Assembly: GCF_001194135.2 (NCBI RefSeq)
Contig: NC_068981.1
Span: forward strand, 28,567,896-28,631,895
DNA length: 64,000 nucleotides
Source of the DNA: Octopus bimaculoides
Lineage: Eukaryota
Direction of reading: 5' to 3'
Below the pieces are notes generated by a model. That model saw only the letters and a list, made by a program, of their open reading frames with translations, was not told where the DNA came from and ran no database searches. Each line of letters opens with the position of its first letter. The first letter of the stretch is position 1. This document shows, piece after piece, positions 26,076-39,454 of this stretch. The position numbers and the translations under genes were made by a program.

Positions 26076-28784
26076 ATAAATATACTTGTCCAGAAGAAAC
26101 TGAGGAAAATAGACATTATACAGGTAAGTAGTCGAAACATTTAACGATATTTTCAGGTTCACTTATAATTACATCAAAAATCAGAAATAATTTCAATTCT
26201 AGAATTCGAATAAAGGCAAAATTTATAAATTTCCATACGTTTTAAATTCTTGGATTATATTAAGAGATTGTTTCATTCAGAATGTTAACAAAAAAATTCA
26301 TGTACTTTAAAAGATCATTATTACAAACAAAATGAATCTTAGCCAAAATATCGATGTGTTTTTTTCCTACGACGGAGTTTCAAAGGGTTTTGATAGCAGC
26401 TATTACCAAACAATATGTTATTCTTTGTTGTGAATACATTACTAAATCTATACAGCATTTACTAAGCTGTGATATCACAAATGTTCTATAAAAGTTACTC
26501 AGTTGCATTGCAACAGCAGGATCTTCCCTCAACAATCATATATTCAAAACTCAGAACATTTGAACAAGTTCAACAAATATACCACGATGCCATATGCTTT
26601 GGCTAGAAAAATGAAAGCCACTAAAATGCTACATTCCACAAACGGTAGCTCGAATAACTGAGATGATTTTTTTCCTTAGATATAAAGGTGTTGTATAAAT
26701 AAGATCATAAGAAAAATTCATGACTGGTGCAACAATTTGAAATTACTGTAATTTCGATAAACATGTCATTTATCGCATTTACATAATTCATCCGATTGGA
26801 AGATCGGTTCTCACAATTACAATCCTCCGCCTCCATGTACATGTGTATTTATATAGGCGTGTATGTTAAATATGTAGTTGTGCATATTAGTATGTATCAA
26901 TAATAATGATACATCAATGAATACAGATGTGAAAAGAACACGAGTAAATTGCATTCTCTTAAGTTGAATGAAAAGACTGGAAACATAATTAATGATACAC
27001 AAAATTACAAAAAAAAAACAAAACAAAAAAAAACGGACGGTAGTTACGAGTGCAGCGCCATTAATCATATTTTACGTGATCAAAGATGATCGGGAATGTT
27101 ACAAAATTCGGAAATACGGGAACTTGTATATTTTTGCGTGCAGGTCTTAATCTGTCAACCGTTTTAAAAATCTACACCTGATGCTTGAATGTCTGTAACC
27201 CCGTCCTCGCCTTGGTAGGAATTCTGGTCAGATTTCAAGCATAGGTATAATTTTCCTACCGTTAGACATGGAATTGTTGGGATTGTTGGGATTGTTGAAA
27301 AGCATCAACAATTTTTGTGTTATTTTGAAAGGTCCGTTTAAAGATTTACGCATTACAGGCCTCTACATGTGATATTGAAATTTCAAACATGCATTTATAG
27401 TAATATAGTTCATGAAGTATAAGTATAAGACATTAATCAACCAGAATGAGAAATTATGGATTCGGCAGTGATTTATACGGGGATTATTAAGTGCAATAGA
27501 AATCATCCGCACGAAAATAAACATATGCATAAATATATAAATAAATTTCCTTATATTTCAAAAAGTTTTAATTAAAAGAAGTCCTTCATCATTTGCAATG
27601 ATATATCTTCTTGAGAAATATTTCTTATTGTAAAATTACGTAAGAATTTGTTAAATAAAGAGACATATACATACATGTGAATAAACACACACACATATAA
27701 GTATATGTATACACGCACATAAATATATACACACATACACACGCATATACATTTGCTTAAACATGCTTTCACGTATGTCGATAGGCATATGTTGTTTTCG
27801 ATGGAACAATAATATTAATATTATTTCTCATTTTGAAAGCATTTTATCAAGTTATTTTACCATAGCACATTTGGGAATTGAATTCATATTTTTATAGAAT
27901 CTCGCTCACACATGCACACACATGCCCACAAGACATGATTTAGAAAGAGATCATTGTAAGTGTGTGTGTGTGTGTGTGTGTATGCATATGTGTGTGTGTT
28001 TGTGTGTGCGTGTGTTTGTGAGTGTGTTTGTATACATGTATATATATGTATATAATTATTTGTTTATATATATAATACATAAAAATAAGGCAAAAGCACA
28101 CACACATATGGGCACACAATTCGTTGCTTTTCATTGCTAGGTTTTTAGCGAAGTTATACGATATCAGCAACAAAAATAAAATATATATGAATAAAGTATA
28201 AAGAGATAGAAATGGCAAAATATAATTAGACAGAATAATATGGGATGTTCTAAGTAAATTAGAGAATAGTAAAGATTACACTGAGTATTGGGAGATCAAT
28301 TAATGTGTAAATTAAAAAAGTAGCGAAACACAATGAGTGCTAATTTGTAATATGTAAATTTAGTGAACGCTAAGAGAATGTGCGAGGATAGAAGATAAAG
28401 GATATGACAGTTAAGTACTGGTCTGTTTTACGGTCGTGTAGTCTTCCAGTATTTTAAGAGAACATATCAAAATGGATGTATTTGGTAAATATTCCTAATC
28501 TGGCATTTACATTATATGCACTAGTATTGAAATTTTTGTTTTAGAGCAATAGGTTCTTTCTTAGTTATACTTCAGTCATTTCTCTCTTTTCATAATAATA
28601 TAATCTGCATCGCTGAAAGATCTTCCATTTGATATTGAAAATCATGGACATGTTGAATACACGTGTCCGATGCGTTTGGTATTTAGGTGTATTTATTAAT
28701 ACGAATACGTGTGTAAGATGTGTTATTTTAAAATGTGAGCATGTATAATGTGTGTGTATATATTTATTTATTTATTTATTTATG

Positions 28785-28958
28785 TGTTTCAGCCAAGTGG
28801 CTGCGGTCATGCTGGTGCACCACCGCGATTTTCACGTTCCTTGCATAGCTCTTCTCCCCCACCTGACATGGCCCAATCAAGAGTTTTGATGGCACATCTG
28901 GTGTATAAGAGAATTTGACATAGCTGCCCTAAACTGCGTCTCATTACGAGCCATTGGT
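28785..28958 (-). mobile_element. 3' end of an RTE-like LINE running into a gap
   Basis: The minus-strand ORF end PMARNETQFRAAMSNSLIHQMCHQNS* resembles the A.DR..WR C-terminal motif of RTE-clade ORFs. A 3' UTR follows, ending in a stem-loop and a (TAAA)n tail (28762-28782). The tail is shared with SINE C. Confidence 0.55.
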
Positions 28959-29766
28959 NNNNNNNNNNNNNNNNNNNNNNNNNNNNNNNNNNNNNNNNNN
29001 NNNNNNNNNNNNNNNNNNNNNNNNNNNNNNNNNNNNNNNNNNNNNNNNNNNNNNNNNNNNNNNNNNNNNNNNNNNNNNNNNNNNNNNNNNNNNNNNNNNN
29101 NNNNNNNNNNNNNNNNNNNNNNNNNNNNNNNNNNNNNNNNNNNNNNNNNNNNNNNNNNNNNNNNNNNNNNNNNNNNNNNNNNNNNNNNNNNNNNNNNNNN
29201 NNNNNNNNNNNNNNNNNNNNNNNNNNNNNNNNNNNNNNNNNNNNNNNNNNNNNNNNNNNNNNNNNNNNNNNNNNNNNNNNNNNNNNNNNNNNNNNNNNNN
29301 NNNNNNNNNNNNNNNNNNNNNNNNNNNNNNNNNNNNNNNNNNNNNNNNNNNNNNNNNNNNNNNNNNNNNNNNNNNNNNNNNNNNNNNNNNNNNNNNNNNN
29401 NNNNNNNNNNNNNNNNNNNNNNNNNNNNNNNNNNNNNNNNNNNNNNNNNNNNNNNNNNNNNNNNNNNNNNNNNNNNNNNNNNNNNNNNNNNNNNNNNNNN
29501 NNNNNNNNNNNNNNNNNNNNNNNNNNNNNNNNNNNNNNNNNNNNNNNNNNNNNNNNNNNNNNNNNNNNNNNNNNNNNNNNNNNNNNNNNNNNNNNNNNNN
29601 NNNNNNNNNNNNNNNNNNNNNNNNNNNNNNNNNNNNNNNNNNNNNNNNNNNNNNNNNNNNNNNNNNNNNNNNNNNNNNNNNNNNNNNNNNNNNNNNNNNN
29701 NNNNNNNNNNNNNNNNNNNNNNNNNNNNNNNNNNNNNNNNNNNNNNNNNNNNNNNNNNNNNNNNNN

Positions 29767-29805
<39 letters not shown>

Positions 29806-29834
29806 TACGTATATATATACATACATGTACGTAT

Positions 29835-29881
<47 letters not shown>

Positions 29882-30254
29882 TATATATAATATAGATATA
29901 AATAGATAATTAATCGAAAAAGGCCACAGGTAGGTAAGTATTTACAAATATATTAGGAGTTTTGAATATTGTTTTCCCTGTACATATCTTACAAAGCTAC
30001 AGATATACACATTTTTAACGTGTATATCCTTCAGCTAACACTTTTAAGTATAGACATTATTTCGCAGGATGACGTGTAGACGCATATGAATTTTCATTCC
30101 TTCATTCTACTCCTACTCAAAAAAAAATATTATATACCCATTAGAAGAGTAGTAAAAAGGCTTTCAGATGACAGTATTACCGGGATATGATTCACACTGC
30201 AAGTAGTTACGTTAGAGAGAACTTTCAACTGCTATACAATTGCATCTCAGTTAC

Positions 30255-30336
30255 TTCTGAATAACGATTAGGAGAACCTCGTGGGCCTCGAGGAGGATGA
30301 ATTACATTTTGGAAATAATAACCTGATTTACCTCCT
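30255..30336 (-). CDS. Candidate internal coding exon, 82 nt, (x)GGKSGYYFQNVIHPPRGPRGSPNRYSE, unverified
   Basis: Acceptor atgttcttcttaactttttcag; donor GAA|gtaact; one open frame; locally raised GC; not repeat-like. No homolog recognised. Confidence 0.3.
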
Positions 30337-32207
30337 CTGAAAAAGTTAAGAAGAACATTTTGAATAATATGGTGTTTATACCTTATGACTCGACATAAAG
30401 ACCGGATGGTCTTTTACCACATTTTATCACTAATTTGAAGCACTAATTTACAGCATTTAAACGATAATGTTACTTATTATAGGCAGATAGCTGCATATAT
30501 AAAGGACTGGTCTACTGAATATTGAAAATCATGATATTTCTATTATGACTGCCATTTCTGTATCGGGCGTTATGTTTTTATTCCTTTATTATATTTTCTG
30601 CCGCATTTATTATAATTATTTCATATATCTTTCCAATGCCAATTTAGGCTTTCCCCACTGCTTATTTACCGCCATGTTATTTCCATTTGAGGGCCCCTTA
30701 CAACATTCTTCGATCACTAAAAATCAAAATGGCTAATCATTTTTGCCTCCGTATTACAGATAATCCCCTTTTCTCTATACAGCAATGAAGATCGATCCAC
30801 ATATGATTTCTGGTGGCAGACAGCCCATAGTCTGAAATTCCTTCAGCCATTTCTTACGGTTACTGCTGTAGGTTCTCTATCTCTAGTATGAAAACAATGG
30901 CTAATTTGTACATCATGACACCATAATATTGTATTATATTAGTAAAATTCATGCTCACTTTATCATATAATATATGAATTCTTGTTGCTTTTGAGTCATA
31001 GATTCTCAAAGATGTGTTTGTGTATATAACCCAAAGTTCAAGCAAGTGATCCAAATTTGAAGTGAATTTCGTATATATAGAGGATAAAATTCCTACTTCT
31101 GGATTTTTCTGTTTTCCAAAAAATAGTTTTTTAATGTGAGGAGTTGGAACCAAAATGTGAAGTAAGGTTCTTTTGTGAAAAAACACTAATTTTCTTTATA
31201 CGACTTCGTATCAGCATCACACACTTTTTAAATATTCTGCTTCTAACTGACAAGTGAAAATCAAAGCACTGCCTTTGATTCTGGTATCTGCTACTCATTA
31301 AGTGATTTGACATTATTATTCTTAGTTGAGCTTGAAAAAGTAACGCTGGAAAATATTTCAAACTTCTCATTTGTCTGATGTTTTATTATAGCCGATGTGT
31401 AAACTTTAATTAATGATAAAACAAAGAAAAAGAAAAAAAAAAACGATACGGCAGTAAATAAATTTTTAAAAATTGCTAGATTGTAAATGGCATGGAAAAT
31501 GCTAAGAAACCTTAAAAGACTAAGATGCCCAGTGCTAGAATCGAACGACTCGATAATGTGGTTTTGTGGCGAGCTTCTTAACAAAACAACCAAATACACA
31601 CTTACAGTGGCATGCATATAAAATTATGTATATCCATGCCTGAAGACGTAAGTGTATATCTGTGTATGTATTTGTTTTTTACGAATATCTTTAGAATCCA
31701 TATCTACTTAAACTACCTCAAATAACAAACTCAGCAACATATATTCAAAAGCCAAGTCACCAAAATCGATGTGTAGGCAGACACTTAACCATTTTCAGGC
31801 AAACATATGTAGACTGTAAAACAATAAATGTCGAAAACACAGAAATAAAAAGACTATGAAAAGTTGAATCTCGATTGAAACGTAACAGTATTCTAACAAG
31901 AAGGTTTACACGTTGAAGATTTCCCATAAAGACTTGCATATGTGTAGGAAACGTATTCATATTCAGAAATAAATAAAAGTCCAATAAAAAGTTTGTGGTA
32001 AGTTTTGTGAATAATAAAGAAAACATACTGCAAAGAAAAGGTGTACCGTTTCATTTTGGGCGGCGTTAGTGAAGGACATTTAGTGTTATGAAATTGTGCG
32101 CGTTTCTACACGTTTATATTCATGTGTACACACATGCACAACACACACATACACGCACACATATAAATGTGTATGTATGTATACTTACACATATACACAG
32201 CCATATG

Positions 32208-32246
<39 letters not shown>

Positions 32247-32499
32247 ACGCTCACAAACACACACACATACACACAGCAGCACTAACGTATATACATATGT
32301 ACATGCTTCAAAATAGAAGTGTAAATATCGGAACGGTGGTTTAATTTACGTGCATATAATTCTGCGGTTGAACTTATCTTTATGACGAAGTCTTCGTTTA
32401 TCTTATTTTAATTTTTTGCCTTCATTGCTCTGTTTGTTATTGCTGCAGTACCATTTGTTGCCGAGACGTCTACCACACACACACGCACGCGCACACACA

Positions 32500-32539
<40 letters not shown>

Positions 32540-32790
32540 TACATATATACGTATGCATGTATACTTGATGTGTTTATATATATTCATTGCACACACACAC
32601 AAAAGATTGTGTGTGAGGGACACATGGAACAAATGTTCAGTTGATTATTCATACAACTATGAACATATTCACATACATACACTAACGCACATAAGTATAC
32701 AGTGATACACACATATAGGTGCAGGCATGCGCGCTCACACACACACAATCCCCAAACGTATACATGAATGCAATTTACATGAGTATTTAT

Positions 32791-32854
<64 letters not shown>

Positions 32855-32864
32855 NNNNNNNNNN

Positions 32865-33075
32865 CCTCGCCATATCGCGGTTCACTTATCGCGGTTTATT
32901 ATTTAAGCTTACGTCGATTCCTCTGTGGTGCTGTTTTGCAGTTTTAATAAAATAAATATATACAAATTATAAAAAATAATAATAATAAATATACAGTACA
33001 GTAGTGCTTCTACTTCGCGGATTTTCATATATCACGGGTTTTTTGGGAACGTAACACCCGCGATAGTCGAGAGAT
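32865..33075. mobile_element. MITE-like element with pogo/Tigger-type terminal sequence; left end cut by a gap
   Basis: The left end cctcgccatatcgcgg and the right end ccgcgatagtcgagag are imperfect inverted repeats around an AT-rich interior. Confidence 0.5.
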
Positions 33076-33107
33076 ATATATACATCTATTTATATGCATT
33101 GATGTTC

Positions 33108-33330
33108 ATTCTTTTATCCTGTTACTTGCTTCAGTCATTTGACTGCGGCCTTGAAGGGTTTTAGTGGAACAAATCGACATTAGGACTTTATTTTTTAAAG
33201 TCTATTACTTATTCTATCGTGCACTTTTGCCGAACCGCCAAATTAGGGAAACTTAAGCACACCAACACCGGTTGTCAAGCGGTGATGGAGGAATAAGCTC
33301 AGACACAAAGACACATACACAAAAATACAT
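33108..33330 (-). mobile_element. 3' part of SINE family C
   Basis: ttacttgcttcagtcatttgactgcggcc...ttttgccgaaccgcc...caccggttgtcaagcggtg. Confidence 0.82.
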
Positions 33331-33960
33331 AAATACATATTATATATNNNNNNNNNNNNNNNNNNNNNNNNNNNNNNNNNNNNNNNNNNNNNNNNNNNNN
33401 NNNNNNNNNNNNNNNNNNNNNNNNNNNNNNNNNNNNNNNNNNNNNNNNNNNNNNNNNNNNNNNNNNNNNNNNNNNNNNNNNNNNNNNNNNNNNNNNNNNN
33501 NNNNNNNNNNNNNNNNNNNNNNNNNNNNNNNNNNNNNNNNNNNNNNNNNNNNNNNNNNNNNNNNNNNNNNNNNNNNNNNNNNNNNNNNNNNNNNNNNNNN
33601 NNNNNNNNNNNNNNNNNNNNNNNNNNNNNNNNNNNNNNNNNNNNNNNNNNNNNNNNNNNNNNNNNNNNNNNNNNNNNNNNNNNNNNNNNNNNNNNNNNNN
33701 NNNNNNNNNNNNNNNNNNNNNNNNNNNNNNNNNNNNNNNNNNNNNNNNNNNNNNNNNNNNNNNNNNNNNNNNNNNNNNNNNNNNNNNNNNNNNNNNNNNN
33801 NNNNNNNNNNNNNNNNNNNNNNNNNNNNNNNNNNNNNNNNNNNNNNNNNNNNNNNNNNNNNNNNNNNNNNNNNNNNNNNNNNNNNNNNNNNNNNNNNNNN
33901 NNNNNNNNNNNNNNNNNNNNNNNNNNNNNNNNNNNNNNNNNNNNNNNNNNNNNNNNNNNN

Positions 33961-34003
<43 letters not shown>

Positions 34004-36443
34004 TATGTATGTGTATATGTATATATATGGATATAGACTCCAACGTACGCGCATACAAACACATATATTTCCAGAAATGTATGCATGAATGTATGTATAC
34101 ACACTCGTAAGTGTACAGATAAGCGCTTGTAAATATGTAAATATGCTTATATTTTCTACATATGTATGCATGTATATATGTGTAAATGTATGTATATACG
34201 TACATAGGTATGCATGTTCGTGTGTATGCATGCATTTATATATGTATAACGTAAACGGCTGGCTACTCGGTGATATACATTCGGCGTGAATTTTAGGAAC
34301 AAGCGTCACCCCTTTTAACAAAACCGGGGTTCAATTTTGGCAACTGATAACAACACAAAACTCAACTTTGTTGGGTAACTGACTATACATTAATAGTGCA
34401 AATATATATACCCAAATGCATGTATATATACGGTAGGTGGATCTTTTTTTTTATGAATGTGAATATGTATGTGTTTGTGTGAATGTGTGTGTGTATTTGT
34501 GTGTGTATTGTGTATTTTTGTGTGTGTGAGAGTTTGTGTCTGTTTGTGTGAACCCTTGTTTTACAAACGTAGAAGAATTATTCAGTATAGAAACTATATA
34601 TTTTATTGCAGGATAAGGCTTCCTGAATCATTGCTCTGAGGTTCAGGTTTCGAAGTATTCAAACGCTTCACGTGTCTGCAACTTGAAACGAATGAGTAAA
34701 GGTTCATAACAATATATATCTTATATATATATGTATACGTATATATATATATATATATATATNNNNNNNNNNNNNNNNNNNNNNNNNNNNNNNNNNNNNN
34801 NNNNNNNNNNNNNNNNNNNNNNNNNNNNNNNNNNNNNNNNNNNNNNNNNNNNNNNNNNNNNNNNNNNNNNNNNNNNNNNNNNNNNNNNNNNNNNNNNNNN
34901 NNNNNNNNNNNNNNNNNNNNNNNNNNNNNNNNNNNNNNNNNNNNNNNNNNNNNNNNNNNNNNNNNNNNNNNNNNNNNNNNNNNNNNNNNNNNNNNNNNNN
35001 NNNNNNNNNNNNNNNNNNNNNNNNNNNNNNNNNNNNNNNNNNNNNNNNNNNNNNNNNNNNNNNNNNNNNNNNNNNNNNNNNNNNNNNNNNNNNNNNNNNN
35101 NNNNNNNNNNNNNNNNNNNNNNNNNNNNNNNNNNNNNNNNNNNNNNNNNNNNNNNNNNNNNNNNNNNNNNNNNNNNNNNNNNNNNNNNNNNNNNNNNNNN
35201 NNNNNNNNNNNNNNNNNNNNNNNNNNNNNNNNNNNNNNNNNNNNNNNNNNNNNNNNNNNNNNNNNNNNNNNNNNNNNNNNNNNNNNNNNNNNNNNNNNNN
35301 NNNNNGCGTGTGAGAGTGTGTGTGTGTAAAGTAAATTTCCAAATTAGGTTGGTAGGGATATTCATTCTTATTAGGTACCGTATTATCTGTTACCGGTTAA
35401 TAATCCTGGCTAACCCACGTGAGTGTAGAAAAAATCCAGTTCGTTTATTTTACTATCCTCAGTAAATCCATAGAGACTGCATGTTATCGATAGAGAAAAA
35501 AAAAATGATAGATTAATAAGAAGGGGAACAGAAACTTATATATCCACTTTTATTCTGCACTGAATCAAGTCTTTCCATTTCTTCACCTACTTATGTTTCT
35601 GCTGCAGTTTTGTGCACAATGCAGAATTTTGCATCTTGGTGTGCATTTTGGTGCTAATTGCTACTTCTTCTGGTCAGGTCGCTCTTGTGCGCTATTGGTA
35701 ACATGTAACCCAGTACAACCTGTCACATGGTCGGGTCGTTGGTGACTAGACTGGAAACCTAGATGAGAGAGAGAGAGAGAGAGATAGAGAGAAAGAGAGA
35801 GAGAGATTCAGAACTCTTCTAAACTAAATACAAATCCAACCAAAATAGCTGGTAGTTGTTCATTTTATATATGTTTCGCAAGCTGAACTTCTGAGATTAC
35901 CTTAAAATAGGATGCATGTATATAAACATATATGTGCAAGTATGTACATACATGTATGTATATATGCATACATTTATATATTATTTATATTATATATATA
36001 CATAAGTAAAAAAAGAGCGAGTGCGTGGCACTACAATTGATATTCCAAAGGTTAAACAAAAAGAACACAACAAAGGGAAAACTTAGACGAAAACTTGACG
36101 AAAGCACAACAGTAGGGAAAAGGTGATAAAAGTATGATACAAAGAACGTCGCCACGGATTTTTCTTTTTAGTTAGTTTCCGAGCCGTCTTCGTGGTTTCG
36201 CACGCTTTAAAACCAAGACAACTCTTATCACGGAGGAACATTAAGCTTCAGGAAAAAGATAACGAATGTATACGAGAGCAGAAGAAAATAGCATAAGCGT
36301 GTGCAACAAGAAAAATAATGAGGAAGATATAACAGACAATGAATGGTACAATAACAACAAAAAATGCTTTTAGGCTATTCAGTGCTGAAAAGAATAATTA
36401 TAGATATGCAAAATATATTTACACACATATATGTAAATATCTG

Positions 36444-36600
36444 TGGAGGCGCAATGGCCCAGTGGTTAGGGCAGCGGACTCGCCTCAACTTCCTCTCACT
36501 CTTTCTTCCTATTTCTTGGGTAACGCTGCGATGGACTGGCGTCCCGTTCAGTTGGGGGAAACCGGGCCAATGAACCTGGCTAGGCTTTTAAAGGGCGCAT
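36444..36600 (+). mobile_element. Internally deleted SINE with family A head and an alternative tail (A2)
   Basis: tggaggcgcaatggcccagtggttagggcagcggactcgc is joined to gctgcgatggactggcgtcccg...gaaaccgggcc...ctggctaggcttt; the same tail occurs at 48780-48900 (-). Confidence 0.8.
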
Positions 36601-36659
36601 AAAAAATAAAAGTGTAAATATGTATGCATAAATAAGTGTGTACACACATACCTATATTG

Positions 36660-36810
36660 GTTCCAGACTTCGGCACAATACCAGACTGCTACTTATTTCA
36701 TCGCACCCGAAGGGGTGAAAGGCAAAGTGAATCTCAGGATGTAGAGATGTATCAAATGCCGCTAAGCGTCTCTCCTCGTGTGCTAACGATAGAGCAACAT
36801 CGCCACCTTA
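36660..36810 (-). mobile_element. Diverged SINE family B
   Basis: tacttatttcatcgcacccgaaggggtgaaaggcaaagt...aaatgccgctaagc...gtgctaacgat. Confidence 0.65.
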
Positions 36811-37402
36811 ATGCACACGCCCACACATATATTAACAAAACCCTTGCTAAAAACTCAAACCCTAAGATCCATGCGCACACAAATACATCCACTCGCGAAA
36901 TTACTCACTCACACATACTTACACGTGTCTGTGTGTGTGTGCGTGTGTACTTATTTAGTTTGTTATTCTTTATTTAAAACTTTTCTTCTCTTCCGGGCTT
37001 AATTTAGTACTTTAATTGACTTCGCATCCTCGTAGACGCGTGAGAATCCTCTGTTATTTTCTTCAATGAATATATTATTGTGTCAATGACTAATATTATC
37101 TTTTGCTGAAAATTTAAATATACCAACAAAATATACATTATACATATATCCACACACAGATATACACCGATAAACAAACCAGATAATCAGAACTATAGGG
37201 AAGAAAGCCACAGTAACTATTGGCCCCAGGTTCCTTGTCGATTCTAAGGTCATTCAAATAACCCTCTTCAGAAGACTGATGGTGATTGTGTGTTAGTGTG
37301 TGTGTGCTTATTGGTAGACACATAGAAAATCGTTATGTATCTCTTTATATCTTTAATCTTTCATCCTTTACTTGTTTCATGCATTAGACTATGGCATCAC
37401 CT

Positions 37403-37575
37403 TCTTCTTGTTCTTCTTGTTCTTCTTGTTCTTGTTCTTGTTCTTGTTCTTGTTCTTCTTCTTCTTCTTCTTCTTCTTCTTCTTCTTCTTCTTCTTCTTC
37501 GTCTTCTTCTTCTTCTTCTTCTTCTTCTTCTTCTTCTTCTTCTTCTTCTTCTTCTTCTTCTTCTTCTTCTTCTTC
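37403..37575 (+). repeat. (TTC)n / (TTCTTG)n microsatellite; a similar (TTC)n tract lies at 55509-55614
   Basis: Read directly; it explains the poly-E, -K, -F, -L and -S ORFs. Confidence 0.98.
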
Positions 37576-37777
37576 NNNNNNNNNNNNNNNNNNNNNNNNN
37601 NNNNNNNNNNNNNNNNNNNNNNNNNNNNNNNNNNNNNNNNNNNNNNNNNNNNNNNNNNNNNNNNNNNNNNNNNNNNNNNNNNNNNNNNNNNNNNNNNNNN
37701 NNNNNNNNNNNNNNNNNNNNNNNNNNNNNNNNNNNNNNNNNNNNNNNNNNNNNNNNNNNNNNNNNNNATATATATAT

Positions 37778-37925
37778 ATGGGAGAATTTACGAAAAAACA
37801 ACAGACGAGGACAGGTGGTGTAAACAACAAAAGGATGTATTAGTTTAACGCTCGGGAATAGAGAAAGTCTTTAACGTTTCGAGCTACGCTCTTCAACAGA
37901 AGATGGAATATACGAGAATTTATTG
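37778..37925 (-). repeat. Putative Penelope-like terminal-repeat fragment containing a minimal hammerhead-like motif (37868-37903)
   Basis: Minus strand: TCTT-CTGTTGA-A-GAGC-gta-GCTC-GAAAC-GT-T-A-AAGA. The element ends at a (TA)n tract. Confidence 0.55.
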
Positions 37926-38421
37926 TTAATCACGACAATTGTTTTGATATATCTAGCATCGATTCCTCTTGGGTGGGACACTCAACAACTGGTTCAGGAG
38001 CATATAGCGGCGCAGATCTATCTCATTGGGTGGTAATAAATAAATACAACTCGTTAAAATGACTATTCCGCAATATTTTGTAGAAAGAAAAGCAGCCAGA
38101 CGGAGGAAATATCTGCATTTATATAGATCAAAAATAAAATCACAGATGATAAAAGAGAAACGAACACGTAATCCAGCGAGAAAAGTATTTAAAATAACCG
38201 TTAGCAAATATGGATGTATAAACACCCACGAGCAGGCTGCATATCATGAGTACACTCGCTCATACAAGCATCCGCAAAAATATGAGCATACGCACACGTG
38301 AGGTTTGGTGTACTCATGATCACAAGGCGAGTTATTTATCAACTTGGTGATTATAAGAATGGGGAGTTTAAAAGTAAACTTAAGTCATCCATAGCTTAAA
38401 GTAAAATAAGTTAACAGTTAC

Positions 38422-38640
38422 TCAAAATTCATTCTCACTGCATTGTGCGAAAGTGCATTTATATGCGTGAAGGCATCTCGAGAGTCGTTCAGAAATTCTA
38501 TTAATGACCTTCTCGTCAGTCCACAGAATATGCAGGGATTCTTCGGAGCATAGACGGCATCTCCTGAAAATTATATAGTATGGTTTCACGTATCTTACTA
38601 TGGACCAATTAATGTTGTACTTAGGCGTCATACAAAATCT
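38422..38640 (-). mobile_element. Decayed C-terminus of a Penelope-like (Neptune/Nematis-type) GIY-YIG endonuclease
   Basis: TPKYNINWSIVRYVKPYYIIFRRCRLCSEESLHILWTDEKVINRISERLSRCLHAYK matches the W.I....PY....RC.LC.EEK..I.......LN.RSE....CRH..K pattern of these endonuclease tails. Confidence 0.75.
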
Positions 38641-38942
38641 GCCGAAGATGAATGTCTCTTATTGATTGTCTTAAAGCTGGCAGCATGTATACGATAACGA
38701 TTGTTAAATGAATCAGCCGTCAACCCAATTTAAACATACGGCTCTCCCCTTGTGTGGACGGTACATTTATATGCAAGATTTGTACTCATACAGATTCATC
38801 AAAAGACATTTTGATTTTTCTTTGCATGAGCATTTATCGTATTTATTTGTATATAAGGCAGTCCCGACTCCATTTACCGGCCTTGTTATCATGTTAGTTG
38901 TATCATATGTATTTCTACTACTACAGATTGGTTGTAGTTTCT

Positions 38943-38984
<42 letters not shown>

Positions 38985-39454
38985 GTGTACACATACTCAC
39001 ACACACATATACATATCTAAAATTAGGTAATGGAGTAGATAAAATCCAGGCTACATATGTTTCACAGCAAGCAGAACCTCCGAATTAGTAATTATTTAAG
39101 TGAAGGATAATCCACTAGCCATTCATCAGACCTAAGATACCTTAATCAAATGAACTTTACATTCTCGTCAAGGAATCCCATGTTTTGTCGGCCCGAGGCT
39201 ATAGTAGTATGATCTTTCCCAAAGTACCACGCAGTTTCGTATGGTTTCGAAGCAAGTCTTTTACCACACAATCCTGCCTGGGCCTTTGCGAAGAAATTAG
39301 CCAATGCAAATGTGCTAGGAAATACAAATTAAATCAAGAAAAGTGAATTGAATTTCCGATCTAATACGCATTTTATAACTTGTACAAGTGCGTTCGAATC
39401 CCAGCGGTGGCTTCTTCTTTATAACTCCTTATTAACCACATCTGTTACAAGCAG

